DNA of 64,000 nucleotides from Candidatus Eiseniibacteriota bacterium (GTDB lineage Bacteria > Eisenbacteria > RBG-16-71-46). Made by a program: the position numbers and the translations under genes. Location of the stretch: contig OY970178.1 of assembly GCA_963707915.1 (NCBI GenBank), forward strand, positions 2,400,001 to 2,464,000, read 5' to 3'. Under the pieces are notes generated by a model that saw only the letters and a program-made list of their open reading frames with translations, had not been told where the DNA came from and made no database searches. Shown piece by piece: positions 33,799 to 44,201 of this stretch (within the stretch, counting starts at the first letter, position 1; the number at the start of each line of letters is the position of its first letter).

Positions 33799-35166
33799 TC
33801 ATCCCTGAGCCCGGCCGATGCCCGCGCGCCGTCCCAGCTCGCGCGCCTCCGTGCGCGCCTCGCTGGCCACGCGGTCCGGCTCCAACGTCGTCCATGTCCC
33901 GGTGCGATAGAGGATGCGTCCCGCCACCATGGTGAGCCGCACGTCGGTGGCCCGGGCGGCGTGCACCAGCGTGGTGTAGGGATCGAGCGTCGCGTTCGGC
34001 GCCAGGTGGGGCGCCTCGTGGTCCACCACGATGACGTCCGCCTGCTTGCCGGCCTCGAGCGAGCCGGTCGTCGCGCCCAGTCCCAGCGCGCGCGCGCCCT
34101 CGCAGGTGGCCAGCGCCAGCACCTCGCGCGCGGCGAGATGTCCGCCGGGGTCCAGCGTGCGGGAGACCAGCGCCGCGAGGCTCAGCTCGTGGAAGGTGTC
34201 GAGGCGGTTGTCGCAGGCCGCCCCGTCCGAACCGATGCCGCGCCGCAGTCCCTCGTGGACCCAGCGCTTGACGTTGGCGAAGCCGGAGGCGAGCTTGAGG
34301 TTCGAGCCCGGGCAGTGGACCAGCGCGGCGTCGGCGCGCTCGAGCAGCGCCAGCTCCTCGTCGTCCAGCCACACGCCGTGCGCGCCGACGAACCGCTCCG
34401 ACAGCACGCCGCGCTTCGCGAAGTAGCGCGCCGCGCTGGTCGAGACCGCCGCCTGGACCTCGCGCCCCTCGGCCGGGCTCTCGGCCAGGTGGGTGTGGAC
34501 GAGCAGCCCGCGCTCGGCGCCGGCCGCGGCCACGCCGCGCCACAGCTCGTCGCTGCACGAGAGGATGAAACGCGGCGCCAGCGAGACCCGCAGTCGCCCG
34601 TCGGCCGCGCCGTCCCAGCGCCGGTGCAGCGAGAGCGCCGACTCGAGCGCCTGGGCCGCGTTCTCGCGCAGCCCCGGCGGCACGCCGGCGCCGCGGTCCA
34701 TGAGCGCCTTGCCGAAGATCGCACGGATGCCGCACTGCTCGAGCACCGCGGCGATCGCGTCGGTGTGGGCGACCGTGCCCATGTCGTTGATGCAGGTGAC
34801 GCCCCCCGCGATCAACTCGACCAGCCCGAGCCGCGCCGAGGCCGCGATCGAGACCTCGGTGTGCGCCGCCTCGAGCCGCCAGACGCTCTCGCGCAGCCAG
34901 GCCAGCGTGTCGCTCTGCTCGGCGAGGCCGCGGAACAGGGTCTGGCAGAGGTGCAGGTGCCCCTGGATCAGCCCCGGCAGGACGAAGGCGCCCGAAGCGT
35001 CCACCGATTCGTCGGCCCGGCCCCCGGGCAGACCGGCCAGCGCCGCGGGCACACCCTCACCGAGCGCGACGATGACGCCGTCGCGCACCAGCAGGTCGCC
35101 GCGGGCGATCGTGCCGGACGCGTCCATGCAGACGAGCGTGCCGGAATGGAAGAGGCAACTGCTCAG
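33799..35166 (-). CDS. Amidohydrolase (MtaD/5'-deoxyadenosine deaminase-like)
   Basis: PGLIQGHLHLCQTLFRG, HTHLAE, AHGVW, HCPGSNLKLASG and GSDG; probable CTG start after GGGAGG. Confidence 0.88.
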   Translation of the reverse strand: MSSCLFHSGTLVCMDASGTIARGDLLVRDGVIVALGEGVPAALAGLPGGRADESVDASGAFVLPGLIQGHLHLCQTLFRGLAEQSDTLAWLRESVWRLEAAHTEVSIAASARLGLVELIAGGVTCINDMGTVAHTDAIAAVLEQCGIRAIFGKALMDRGAGVPPGLRENAAQALESALSLHRRWDGAADGRLRVSLAPRFILSCSDELWRGVAAAGAERGLLVHTHLAESPAEGREVQAAVSTSAARYFAKRGVLSERFVGAHGVWLDDEELALLERADAALVHCPGSNLKLASGFANVKRWVHEGLRRGIGSDGAACDNRLDTFHELSLAALVSRTLDPGGHLAAREVLALATCEGARALGLGATTGSLEAGKQADVIVVDHEAPHLAPNATLDPYTTLVHAARATDVRLTMVAGRILYRTGTWTTLEPDRVASEARTEARELGRRAGIGRAQG

Positions 35167-35376
35167 GCGGGCGCCTCCCTGCGATGGGCATGGGCTCCGA
35201 CATCCGTGCCGGAGAGCGGCCGAAGGATCCCGCGCGCCGGGGAGCGCCCGTGGTAAGGGGCGCCCAGCCCGGCGCGATCCACGCTCAGGACCTTCAGGCG
35301 TGAGATGACGTTGGCACTCGGGTGGGGACAAGTCAAGAGCGGGAATCGAAGCAAGGATCGGGCGGGGCCGGCAACG

Positions 35377-35412
35377 CCGGACGCCCGGCCGGGGTTCGCG
35401 CCGGGCGTCCGG
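35377..35412. terminator. Hairpin downstream of mscL
   Basis: 13-bp stem CCGGACGCCCGGC / GCCGGGCGTCCGG. Confidence 0.55.
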
Positions 35413-35436
35413 GCCGACCCGGGGTCCGCCGGTTCG

Positions 35437-35838
35437 CTACACGCCGCTCCCGCAGGCCCGGCACTTGGTCGCTGCGGCCGGGACCGTCTCCTTGCAGAAC
35501 GGGCACTCCTTCGACGGCGGCGCGGGCGGCGCCGGGGCCGGCTTCAGCAGCGCCTTGGTGATGAGGAACACGACCAGGGCGATGATGACGAAGTCGATGA
35601 CGCTGCCGATGAAGGCACCGTAGGTGATCTGCGCGGCCGCGCTGCCGTCGGGCTTGCGGGTGAGCACGATGGCGGCTTCGCGCCAGGCGCCGCCGGGCAC
35701 CATCAACCCGATGATGGGCATGAGGATGTCGCTCACCAGCGAACTCACGACCTTGCCGACGGCCGCGCCGATGATCACGCCGACGGCCAGCGCCAGGGCG
35801 TTGGTCTTGAGCAGGAACTCCTTGAACTCCTTCAGCAT
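35437..35838 (-). CDS. mscL: Large-conductance mechanosensitive channel with C-terminal Zn-ribbon
   Basis: MLKEFKEF, LAVGVIIGAA, DILMPIIG, YGAFI; tail CPFC...CRAC; AAGGAGG RBS. Confidence 0.93.
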   Translation of the reverse strand: MLKEFKEFLLKTNALALAVGVIIGAAVGKVVSSLVSDILMPIIGLMVPGGAWREAAIVLTRKPDGSAAAQITYGAFIGSVIDFVIIALVVFLITKALLKPAPAPPAPPSKECPFCKETVPAAATKCRACGSGV

Positions 35839-36024
35839 GGCGACCTCCTTGGTCGAGAGGTGGCGGCGTCCGGTGCGTGGCGAGGTGGGGCGGCAGGCAC
35901 CGCCGTGGGTGCCGACCGGTCGGGGCAGCCTTCCCCTCCCGGCATCACCCACAGCCTAGCACGGGGGATGCGGGGTGCGGACGGTCCATCTTCTCCCGGT
36001 CCGCGGTTCGGGTGACCGGGAGCA

Positions 36025-36054
36025 CGAAGCGCCGCGGCGGACCGCGGCGCTTCG
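36025..36054. terminator. Hairpin downstream of 36081..36995
   Basis: CGAAGCGCCGCGG-cgga-CCGCGGCGCTTCG. Confidence 0.6.
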
Positions 36055-36080
36055 CCTGGCGTGATGGTGCAGGACAAGTG

Positions 36081-36995
36081 CTATCGATAGATGGACTTGA
36101 GCGTCCCCCAGGTCGGGGTGGTGGCCGGGACGACCCTCATGTCGCTGGGGCAACGACCCGGGCCGATCAGGCCGCTGTTGAAGGCTCCCAGCGTCCAGGT
36201 CAACACCCGGGTCTCGCAGGGGGTGACCCGGCCGCCGCCGATGGGCGGCACGACCTGCGTACCGATGAGGGCGTCGGCACCGGTCACCGCGGCGGCCACG
36301 AACGGGGTCGGGAGGACACCGAGCTGCATGTTCAACCGGGTCGCGATCAACTGGTGGGCGAGCGATACGAGCCCGTTGCCCCGGGCCGGCTGGCGCAGGA
36401 TGGCGAGCAACTGCGCCTGCGTGTAGGTCACCGACCCCAGCGTGAGCGAGCTCACCCGGCTCCAGCTCTCGGGGTGGTTCTTCCAGTAGCCCTGGCTCAC
36501 CGTGCAGTCGGTGGTGGTGCGCGACGACGTGCCGCAGTGCAGGGTCGCCGAGTTGGCGCTCTCGCCGCGGTCCGGCCCGGCCACCGCGGCCCGCACCCGC
36601 ACGACGTACTCGGTGCCCTCGGTCAACTCGGCGGCGTCCAACGCCATCAGCCCGGTCTCGTCGAAGAGTCCGCCGATCACGACCTCGGCGGTCTGTCCGG
36701 GGGCGAGCTGGAAGCCCTCCGTCCCGGGCGTCGGATGCAGCGTCGGCACGCCGTTGAAGCTGGAGCCGCTGACCGGCGAGACCGGCCAGCCGCCGATCGC
36801 GCGGTAGCGGTCCGCGGGCAGCCATTCGACGACGAATCCCCCGGGCGCGCCGCTCGCACCGGCCTGCACCCGGATGGTGATGGAGGTGCGGTCGGCCGTG
36901 ACGACCGATGCGCCGGGCGCATCGAGCGGGACGCCGAAGACCGGCGCGGCGCCGAGCAGGAAGAGGATAATGACGATGAGGCCGGAAGACTTCAT
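36081..36995 (-). CDS. Secreted protein (FN3-like plus QGYWKNH domain) with TWG-K-YR C-terminal tail
   Basis: Signal peptide MKSSGLIVIILFLLG; LTEGTEYVVRVRA; ends VVPATTPTWGTLKSIYR. Confidence 0.85.
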   Translation of the reverse strand: MKSSGLIVIILFLLGAAPVFGVPLDAPGASVVTADRTSITIRVQAGASGAPGGFVVEWLPADRYRAIGGWPVSPVSGSSFNGVPTLHPTPGTEGFQLAPGQTAEVVIGGLFDETGLMALDAAELTEGTEYVVRVRAAVAGPDRGESANSATLHCGTSSRTTTDCTVSQGYWKNHPESWSRVSSLTLGSVTYTQAQLLAILRQPARGNGLVSLAHQLIATRLNMQLGVLPTPFVAAAVTGADALIGTQVVPPIGGGRVTPCETRVLTWTLGAFNSGLIGPGRCPSDMRVVPATTPTWGTLKSIYR

Positions 36996-37083
36996 GAGAT
37001 CCCTCGAGAGGTGGTTCGTGGTAGCGGCGGGAATCGCGGGCCCTGATTCCAGGCCGGGGAGCCTTCGCCCCCACCCAGGGCAT

Positions 37084-37099
37084 CGCAATCGCCGCGCCA
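37084..37099 (-). promoter_or_regulatory. Putative sigma54 promoter
   Basis: TGGCGCGGCGATTGCG, close to the TGGCACG-N4-TTGC consensus, upstream of ATG 36995. Confidence 0.6.
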
Positions 37100-37433
37100 C
37101 GGAACCGGTCGCGTCCCGCCCGGCCGGCAAGCGGCGCCCGTTCCCGCCAACTCGCGTCGCCCCATGGCCCTGGGCCTGCGGACGAACGGCCGTCGGGAGT
37201 TTCGCCCGTCCGTCGTGCGGGGCGGGCCGGGGGTGCGACGGGTGAGACCACGGGGCGCGTGGGGGTTCTCGCCCGCGCGAGCCGCGAGCTCGAGCGCGCT
37301 CTCGATCGCGACGACCGCTACCCCGCCGGCAGTCGGCGACGCGCCCGCAGCGCGATCTTCATCCCCCGCTACAGTCTGTGCGCCCGACGACCGATACTCC
37401 GGAGCGACGGTCCCGCGCGGCACCCCGGCCTTC

Positions 37434-37462
37434 TTGTGGACCGGGGGCGACGTCCGTATCAT
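37434..37462 (+). promoter_or_regulatory. sigma70-like promoter for the phosphorylase
   Basis: TTGTGG-N17-TATCAT. Confidence 0.45.
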
Positions 37463-37505
37463 CTGGCGCCCCGGGGACAGCTTCTCCACGAGCACCGGAG
37501 CCTGA

Positions 37506-39134
37506 ATGCCGCGCCCACCGCACATCGCCTACTTCTGCATGGAGTTCGGGCTGCACGAGTCGTTCCCCATCTACTCGGGGGGCCTCGGCATCCTGGCCGG
37601 CGACTTCATCAAGTCGGCTGCGGACCTCAAGTTGCCGGTGATCGGCGTCGGGCTGCTGTGGGAGCACGGGTACTCGCGGCAGCGCATCGGCCCCGACGGC
37701 CAGCCCCACGAGGAGTTCCCGCGCTACGACTACTCCTACCTGCGCGACACCGGCGTCCACGTGCGGGTCAACGTCCGCGGCACCGAGGTGCCCTGTAACG
37801 TGCTGATGACCACGCGTTTCGGGAACGTGCCGCTCTACCTGATCCAGCCCGCCCGCCTCGCGGACCGCTGGATCACGCACCGGCTCTACGAGGCCGGCAC
37901 CGACGTGCGCATCGCCCAGGAGATGCTGCTCGGCATCGGCGGGGCGCGCGCCCTCACCTGGCTCGGGATCCCGGTAGCGACCCACCACTTCAACGAGGGT
38001 CACGCCGTGTTCGCCGGGATCGAGATGATCGCCTCGCGCATGGAGGGCGGGCTCACCTTCCCCGACGCCTGGGCCGCCACGCGGCGCGAGATCGTCTTCA
38101 CCACGCACACCCCGGTGCAGGCCGGCAACGAGGAGCACTCGCTCAAGGACCTGCGCCGCCTGGGGGCCTGCCTGCAGCTCTCCGGCGCCGAGATGCGGGC
38201 CATCGGCGGCGACCCGTTCAACATGACGGTGGCCGGACTGCGGCTCTCGCGCCGGGCCAACGCGGTGGCCCAGCTGCACGGCGAGACCGCGCGCACGATG
38301 TGGAAGCACATCAACGACGCCGCGCCCATCGTCGCCGTCACGAACGGCGTGCACGCGCCCACCTGGCAGTCGCCGCTGGTGCGCGCGGCCGCCGGCGCCC
38401 CCGGACCGCTGTGGGACGCGCACGCCCTGCACCGCGGCGAACTGCTGTCCGAGATCGAGCGGCGCAAGGGCCTGCGGCTGGACCCCGAGGGGCTGATCAT
38501 CGGCTTCGCGCGCCGGGCGGCGGGCTACAAGCGCCCCGACCTCATCGTGCGGGACGAGAAGCGCCTCGCCGGCCTGCTGGCGCGCGGCGCGCACATCGTG
38601 CTGGCGGGCAAGTCGCACCCCGACGACAAGCTGGGCAAGGCCCTGATCGCGCGCCTGGTCTCGGCCGAGCGCGCCCATCCGGGACAGGTGGTCTATCTCG
38701 AGAACTACGACATGGCCCTGGGACGGATGCTCACGCGCGGTTGCGACGTGTGGCTCAACAACCCCATCCGGCCGCTCGAAGCCAGCGGCACCTCGGGCAT
38801 GAAGGCCGCGATGAACGGCGTGCTCAACCTCAGCATCCTCGACGGCTGGTGGCCCGAGGGCTGCGAGCACGGCGTGAACGGCTGGGCCATCGGCGACAGC
38901 CAGTCGGGCGACGACGCGCGGGACCTGGCCGCCCTCTACGAGGTCCTCGACGGCGAGGTGCTCCCGGCCTGGGCCGACCGTGGGCGCTGGGTCGCGATGA
39001 TGCAGGCCAGCATCACGATGGGCGTGGAGAAGTTCTCCTCGGACCGGATGTTGCGCGACTACTTCGCCGAGGTCTACCCCGCGGGCGAGACCCGGCCGGT
39101 CGAGATGCCCGGAGCCCCGGCCGCCAACCGCTGA
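37506..39134 (+). CDS. glgP: Alpha-glucan phosphorylase (GT35)
   Basis: YSGGLGILAGD, NEGH, FARRAAGYKR and PLP motif EASGTSGMK. Confidence 0.95.
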   Translation: MPRPPHIAYFCMEFGLHESFPIYSGGLGILAGDFIKSAADLKLPVIGVGLLWEHGYSRQRIGPDGQPHEEFPRYDYSYLRDTGVHVRVNVRGTEVPCNVLMTTRFGNVPLYLIQPARLADRWITHRLYEAGTDVRIAQEMLLGIGGARALTWLGIPVATHHFNEGHAVFAGIEMIASRMEGGLTFPDAWAATRREIVFTTHTPVQAGNEEHSLKDLRRLGACLQLSGAEMRAIGGDPFNMTVAGLRLSRRANAVAQLHGETARTMWKHINDAAPIVAVTNGVHAPTWQSPLVRAAAGAPGPLWDAHALHRGELLSEIERRKGLRLDPEGLIIGFARRAAGYKRPDLIVRDEKRLAGLLARGAHIVLAGKSHPDDKLGKALIARLVSAERAHPGQVVYLENYDMALGRMLTRGCDVWLNNPIRPLEASGTSGMKAAMNGVLNLSILDGWWPEGCEHGVNGWAIGDSQSGDDARDLAALYEVLDGEVLPAWADRGRWVAMMQASITMGVEKFSSDRMLRDYFAEVYPAGETRPVEMPGAPAANR

Positions 39135-39150
39135 AGACGGCGGTCCGCCA

Positions 39151-39188
39151 GCGAAGCGGCCGGTCCCGTGCGGGGCCGGCCGCTTCGC
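39151..39188. terminator. Hairpin between convergent genes
   Basis: GCGAAGCGGCCGGTCCC-gtgc-GGGGCCGGCCGCTTCGC. Confidence 0.65.
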
Positions 39189-39228
39189 ATCCGTCGCGCC
39201 GGAGCCGCGGGGCACCGGGCCGCGACCG

Positions 39229-39750
39229 CTAGGCTCCGGGGGCGGGCTCCTCGCCGGGGCCCGGCGCCGCTTCCTCGGCCAGCACCGGGATGCGCGCCAG
39301 CGCGGCGATGTAGTCGTCGGGCAGCTTGTGCGCGCGCGCGCCCTTCAGCACGGCGTCCAGGTAGCGACGCGAGGGCGGCGAGGGATTGGCGGTGTGCGCG
39401 AGGTAGGCCATCGCCTTCACACGGCGCGGCACCGAACCGTCCTCGGGCTGCGTCAGCTCGACCCAGACCGGCCCGCGCTCGTAGAGGTTGTGCGGGTCCC
39501 CGGGGCCGCGGAAGCCCTCGTAGCCGTCCAGCGCGCGCACGTCGTCGTCGTTCAGCTCGTGCAGCATCCCCCAGACGTCGTTCCCGTGCGACAGCTGCAG
39601 GCTGGCGACACCACCACCCCACGAGGTCGAGAAGATCGGGAAGATCAGCTTGTGATCGTGCAGCACCGCCATCCCGATCACCTTGTGGGCCGGGCAGCGG
39701 GCGCGCAGCTGGTCGGGGTCCAGGTTCGACCCGAACGCGAAATAGAGCAT
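39229..39750 (-). CDS. Gamma-glutamylcyclotransferase family protein
   Basis: MLYFAFGSNL, LDGYEG, PPSRRYL; GGAGG RBS. Confidence 0.88.
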   Translation of the reverse strand: MLYFAFGSNLDPDQLRARCPAHKVIGMAVLHDHKLIFPIFSTSWGGGVASLQLSHGNDVWGMLHELNDDDVRALDGYEGFRGPGDPHNLYERGPVWVELTQPEDGSVPRRVKAMAYLAHTANPSPPSRRYLDAVLKGARAHKLPDDYIAALARIPVLAEEAAPGPGEEPAPGA

Positions 39751-39969
39751 CTGGCCTCCCAAATCACGAGCCCGGGGCGGAAGCCCCCGGGCGCTGGTCG
39801 AGCCCAGCATAGTGCATGGGGGGCCGCCGCGATATCGGATTGTTGGCCGGGCCGGCCGCCCGCGCCCGGTCCGGGTTTGTCGCGTCCCGGAGGCGCATCT
39901 ATCATCCAACCCTTCGACGGCCCGCCCCGCGTCCGGCCCGGACCCCGACACGAACCGGAGAGACCTGCC

Positions 39970-40698
39970 ATGGCAGTGGACTTCCTCGCTTTCGGCCCCC
40001 ACCCCGACGACGGCGAGATCGGCTGCGGGGCGGTGCTGCGCAAGATGAAGGCGCTCGGGCACACCACCGGCATCGTGGACATGACGACCGGCGACATGGG
40101 CTGGGGCACGGTCGAGGAGCGGCTGGCCGAGTGCGCCGCGGCGGCGGGGATCCTCCGGCTGGACGTGCGCGAGAACCTGGACCTGGGCGACAACCGCATC
40201 GAGGACACGTTCGAGAACCGCTGCGCGGTGGCGGCGAAGATCCGCCAGCACCGCCCGCAGATCGTCTTCGCGCCCTACTACAACCTGCCGATCGGTCGCG
40301 GCCTGGGGCACAACGACCACTACAAGACCGGGCAGATCGTGGCGAACGCCTACAACCTGGCGCACCTGCGCAAGGCGCCGATCGAGGGCACGCCCTACCA
40401 GGCGAAGGCCCTCTACTTCTATTTCCTCCCCCCCGGCACGCCGGCCACGTTCGTGGTGGACGTGAGCGACCACGTGGACGACTGGCTGCGGGCGCTGGAG
40501 TGCCACGTGAGCCAGTTCGCCAACCCCGACAAGCCGCGCCCCGCCGGGTTGCCGGCCCCGACCGACGCGTTCATGGCGTTCGCGCGCTACTGGGGCTGGC
40601 AGATCGGCGTGCGCTACGGGCAGGCGTTCCTCGCGACCGCGCCGCTGCGCGTCGGCGACCCGCTCGCGCTGGTGAAGGAAGTGGTCCCGCGGCCGTGA
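39970..40698 (+). CDS. PIG-L family deacetylase (BshB1-like)
   Basis: FGPHPDDGEIGCG, GHNDH, CHVSQF. Confidence 0.88.
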   Translation: MAVDFLAFGPHPDDGEIGCGAVLRKMKALGHTTGIVDMTTGDMGWGTVEERLAECAAAAGILRLDVRENLDLGDNRIEDTFENRCAVAAKIRQHRPQIVFAPYYNLPIGRGLGHNDHYKTGQIVANAYNLAHLRKAPIEGTPYQAKALYFYFLPPGTPATFVVDVSDHVDDWLRALECHVSQFANPDKPRPAGLPAPTDAFMAFARYWGWQIGVRYGQAFLATAPLRVGDPLALVKEVVPRP

Positions 40699-40715
40699 CC
40701 CGGCCGCGGTGTCCA

Positions 40716-40745
40716 TTGACGCTCGCGCGACATCGCGACTAAAGT
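40716..40745 (+). promoter_or_regulatory. sigma70-like promoter
   Basis: TTGACG-N18-TAAAGT upstream of ATG 40816. Confidence 0.55.
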
Positions 40746-40815
40746 GCTGCGGTCGCACGACCCGATACCAAGGATGGTCAGGGCACAGCGCCCCCCGGGG
40801 CGTTCAGGAGGTTCC

Positions 40816-41853
40816 ATGCAGTTGCGCGCCTTGCGCGCGTGGGGAGCGCTGCTCCTCGCCGCGCTGGTGGCGTGGCCGGCCACGATGGCCGTCGCCGCCA
40901 CCCACACCCACCGCAAGCCGACGAGCCGCGCCACCGCCACGCCCGCCGCGCACGTGGCGAAGAAGACCACGGCCCGGAGCCGGCTCGCCGCGCGCACGAA
41001 GACGCGCGCCGGCACGAAGAGCGCCGCCGCCGTGCGGCGCGCGAAGAACCGGCGGCACCGCCACGCGCCGGCCCCGCCGCGGGGCGGCGTGTACGCCCGC
41101 AACGCCCTGGTGATCGACCCCGCGACGGACGAGGTGCTGTTCGAGAAGCAGTCGTTGCAGACCGTGCCCATCGCCAGCCTGACCAAGCTGATGAGCGCGA
41201 TGGTGTTCCTCGAGCAGAAGCCGGACCTGCGGCGCATGGCCGAGGTGACGCGCGAGGAGATCCGCGGCGGCGGCCACACGCGGCTCTGGAATCGCGAGCG
41301 GGTGGCGCTCTACGACCTGCTGCACATGAGCCTGATGAACTCCGACAACGTGGCCACGCGCGTGCTGGCGCGCGAGTCCGGGCTGTCGCCGGAGGCGTTC
41401 GCGGCGCGCATGAACGGGAAGGCGCGGGAGATGGGGCTGGCCAACACGCGCTTCGCCGAGCCCACCGGGCTCGACGAGCGCAACGTCTCGACCGCGGTGG
41501 ACGTGGCGCGCCTGGTGCGGGCCGCGGCGGACCACTACCTGATCCGCGAGATCACGACCACGCCCGAATACGTGTTCCTGGGCGAGTACCCCGGGCGCCG
41601 GCACACCGTCGCGCGCACGCACCAGATCGTGAACACCAACCGGCTGCTGCGCAGCAACCGCTACGAGTTCTCGTGCAGCAAGACCGGCTTCATCAGCGAA
41701 TCCGGCTACTGCGTCGCCACCTGGGTGCGCGACCGGGGCCGCGACCTGATCGCGGTGGTGCTGGGCGCGCCGACCAACGCCACGCGCTTCGCCGACGTCG
41801 TGCGCCTGGTCCAGCGAACGCAGATCCCGAGCCTGGAATCGGCGCAACCGTAG
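40816..41853 (+). CDS. D-Ala-D-Ala carboxy/endopeptidase, family S11 (PbpG-like)
   Basis: SxxK ASLTKL, SDN and KTG motifs; signal peptide; AGGAGG RBS. Confidence 0.92.
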   Translation: MQLRALRAWGALLLAALVAWPATMAVAATHTHRKPTSRATATPAAHVAKKTTARSRLAARTKTRAGTKSAAAVRRAKNRRHRHAPAPPRGGVYARNALVIDPATDEVLFEKQSLQTVPIASLTKLMSAMVFLEQKPDLRRMAEVTREEIRGGGHTRLWNRERVALYDLLHMSLMNSDNVATRVLARESGLSPEAFAARMNGKAREMGLANTRFAEPTGLDERNVSTAVDVARLVRAAADHYLIREITTTPEYVFLGEYPGRRHTVARTHQIVNTNRLLRSNRYEFSCSKTGFISESGYCVATWVRDRGRDLIAVVLGAPTNATRFADVVRLVQRTQIPSLESAQP

Positions 41854-41864
41854 CCCGCGCACCG

Positions 41865-42665
41865 ATGGCCGCCCGCGAGCACGTCACCGCCCTGCTGGTC
41901 GGCGTCGCGGCGGGCCTCGCGGGCGGCCTCTTCGGCGTCGGCGGCGGGATCCTGCTCGTGCCGCTGCTCACCGGCGTGCTCTGCCTGAGCCAGCACCAGG
42001 CGCACGGCACGTCCCTCGCCGCCATCGGCGCGACGGCGCTCGCCTCCTTGCTGGTCTACGGCACGCACGGCCACGTGGACTGGGGCACGGCGGCGCTGGT
42101 GGGGGCGGCCAGCATGCTCACGGCGCGCTACGGCGCGCGCCTGGCCGCGCGCACCTCGCGGCGGAACCTGCGACGCGCCTTCGCGCTCCTGCTCGTGTTC
42201 GTCGCGCTGCGCCTGCTGTGGAAGGCGCCCGCGGCCGCGGGTTCGCCGTTCCACGGCGTCGTGCCCGCGGTGGGCTTCGACCTGCTGCTGGGCGCTGCGA
42301 TCGGCCTGCTGGCCGGGTTCATGGGGGTCGGGGGCGGCCTGCTCGCCGTGCCCGCCTTCGCGCTCGTGCTCGGGATGACGCAGCAGACGGCCCAGGGCAC
42401 CTCGCTCGCCGTCATCCTGCTCACCGCCCCGGCGGGCGCCTTCGAACACCATCGCCACGGCAACGTGTCGCTGCGGCTGGTCCCCGCGCTCGCGCTGGGG
42501 GCCGCGGCCGGCGGCCCGGCCGCGTCGTGGCTGGCGCAGTGGCTGCCACAGGCCGTCCTGGCCCGGGCGTTCGCGGTGTTCCTGCTGGCGAACGTGGTTC
42601 ACCTGTGGGCCCGCGCGGGCCGGGGCGCCCCACCCCGTGCCGACCGCGAGGCGACGGCGGGCTGA
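41865..42665 (+). CDS. TauE/SafE family transporter
   Basis: Duplicated GVGGG...AxGTSLA motifs. Confidence 0.9.
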   Translation: MAAREHVTALLVGVAAGLAGGLFGVGGGILLVPLLTGVLCLSQHQAHGTSLAAIGATALASLLVYGTHGHVDWGTAALVGAASMLTARYGARLAARTSRRNLRRAFALLLVFVALRLLWKAPAAAGSPFHGVVPAVGFDLLLGAAIGLLAGFMGVGGGLLAVPAFALVLGMTQQTAQGTSLAVILLTAPAGAFEHHRHGNVSLRLVPALALGAAAGGPAASWLAQWLPQAVLARAFAVFLLANVVHLWARAGRGAPPRADREATAG

Positions 42666-42805
42666 GTCCCCCCGAAGTCCTTGCCTCTTCGGTCGTTCCG
42701 GGCCGTCGGCCGAGGGCTTCCGCGACGCCTCGTTCCCGCGCCCCGCGAACGGCTCCTCGCTTTCGATGCGGTTCGAGCAAGCGGCGGCCGATACGTGGGG
42801 TAACG

Positions 42806-42948
42806 GCAGAGGGCTGCCCGTGACCCGGCGTGGGATCGAGTCCATGGCGGGAAGCGCAGCCGACGTCCGCCTTCGCGCGGATCCGGATCCGGACCAGGGA
42901 CAGGGTCCGCCCGGCACCACGTTCCACGAACGGCATGGAGGTCCCAGT
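42806..42948 (+). repeat. Conserved 5' leader, copy A (divergent)
   Basis: Shares GGGCTGCCCGT, GAGTCCA, GGAAGCGCAGCC, GCGGAT and CAGGGTCCGC blocks with copies B and C. Confidence 0.65.
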
Positions 42949-43647
42949 ATGCGCAGGATGGTCTTCGCGCTCCTCGCGCTCGGCGTCTTCGCGGCTTCGG
43001 CGGCGTTCGCGGCGAGCGACGTCCGCATCAGCCAGGTCTTCGGCGGCAACAGCGCCACCAACTTCTACAACCAGGACTACGTGGAGTTGTACAACTCCAG
43101 CGGATCGGACGTGGACATCAGCGGCTGGGCGGTCGAGTACTCGTCCAGCGCCTCCACCGCGGTCTGGGGCGGCAGCGGCTCCACCTGGCAGACCTACTTC
43201 GTGTTCCCGGCCGGCGCGACGATCAAGGGCTGCGGGTACGTGCTCCTGGGCGGCGCCGAGACCGCCGGCGGCACGGCGATCCCCGCCGCGCTGGACTACG
43301 AGGTCGAGGGCGTCGGCTACATGAACCTCTCGACCAGCAGCGGCCGCGTGGGCCTGTTCAGCTCCTTCTACGCGGGCGCGGGTTGCGGCGCCGAGGGCGT
43401 CGTGCTGCTGGACAAGGTCGCGTACGGCACCGCGGCCTGCCCCGAGGGCACGGCTTCGGCCCCGGCGCCGTCGGGCGTCCTGGCGATCTTCCGCGGAGAC
43501 GGCGGTGCTCTCGACACCGATGAGAACTCGACCGACTTCGTCACCGGCACACCCGCGCCGCGCAACTCGACGTCGGCGACGAACGTGCTTTGCACCGTGC
43601 CGGCAATCCCCACCACGTGGGGCCAGCTCAAGAGTCGCTATCGGTAG
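42949..43647 (+). CDS. Secreted lamin-tail-domain protein with TWG-K-YR tail
   Basis: Signal peptide; ISQVFGG, DYVELYN, DISGWAVEY; ends VPAIPTTWGQLKSRYR. Confidence 0.9.
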   Translation: MRRMVFALLALGVFAASAAFAASDVRISQVFGGNSATNFYNQDYVELYNSSGSDVDISGWAVEYSSSASTAVWGGSGSTWQTYFVFPAGATIKGCGYVLLGGAETAGGTAIPAALDYEVEGVGYMNLSTSSGRVGLFSSFYAGAGCGAEGVVLLDKVAYGTAACPEGTASAPAPSGVLAIFRGDGGALDTDENSTDFVTGTPAPRNSTSATNVLCTVPAIPTTWGQLKSRYR

Positions 43648-43670
43648 AGCCCCCGGGCTCAGGATGCTCG

Positions 43671-43699
43671 CGAGGCCCCGCCGGTCCGGCGGGGCCTCG
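43671..43699. terminator. Hairpin downstream of 42949..43647
   Basis: CGAGGCCCCGCC...GGCGGGGCCTCG; same stem as 44935-44963. Confidence 0.7.
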
Positions 43700-43990
43700 T
43701 CGCTTGGCGGGCAGGGCCGGCAGCCGTTGCCCCGGGCCCGGTGCGGCCGGCCCGGTGCGGCCGGCCCGGCGTCGCGCCGCCGCGGCGGCGACCGCCGCAG
43801 GTCGTTCCGGCTCGGGCCTTTACGGCCGATCCTCCGATGAGCCTCGTGCCCCGCCGTGGGCCGGGCCGGGCCCGGGCAAGAGGCCCCAGCCGACGAACGA
43901 TGTAACAACGGGTTGGACGGCGACCGTGCGAAGTGCAACGGATTTCAGGGGTTCCGAGCCGTCACCCGCGAGTTCGGCAGGGCGTTACAC

Positions 43991-44019
43991 TTGAATTCCG
44001 CGCGACGTGATCCTATGAT
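43991..44019 (+). promoter_or_regulatory. sigma70 promoter
   Basis: TTGAAT-N17-TATGAT, ~180 nt before ATG 44202. Confidence 0.7.
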
Positions 44020-44061
44020 TATCCAGGTTCGAGCAGTGCAGCAAGGGTTGCTGAGATAGCA

Positions 44062-44201
44062 GCAGAAGGGGCCGCCCGTCCCCCGATACAGGCGCCAGTC
44101 CACCGTGGGAACCGCAGCCAGAGTCCACCTCCAGGCGGATAGGGACAAAGGTCAGGGTCCGCACGACACCGCAGTCCACGCACCACAGGGAGACCCACCC
44201 A
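44062..44201 (+). repeat. Conserved 5' leader, copy B
   Basis: 44097-44196 aligns without gaps to 49107-49206, 90/100 identities by manual count. Confidence 0.9.

Noticed and set aside
35437..35520. Zn-ribbon tail on MscL
   Set aside because: A known, common MscL variant.
36996..37505. Small ORFs in the divergent intergenic region
   Set aside because: No RBS or motif support; the region is explained by two promoters.
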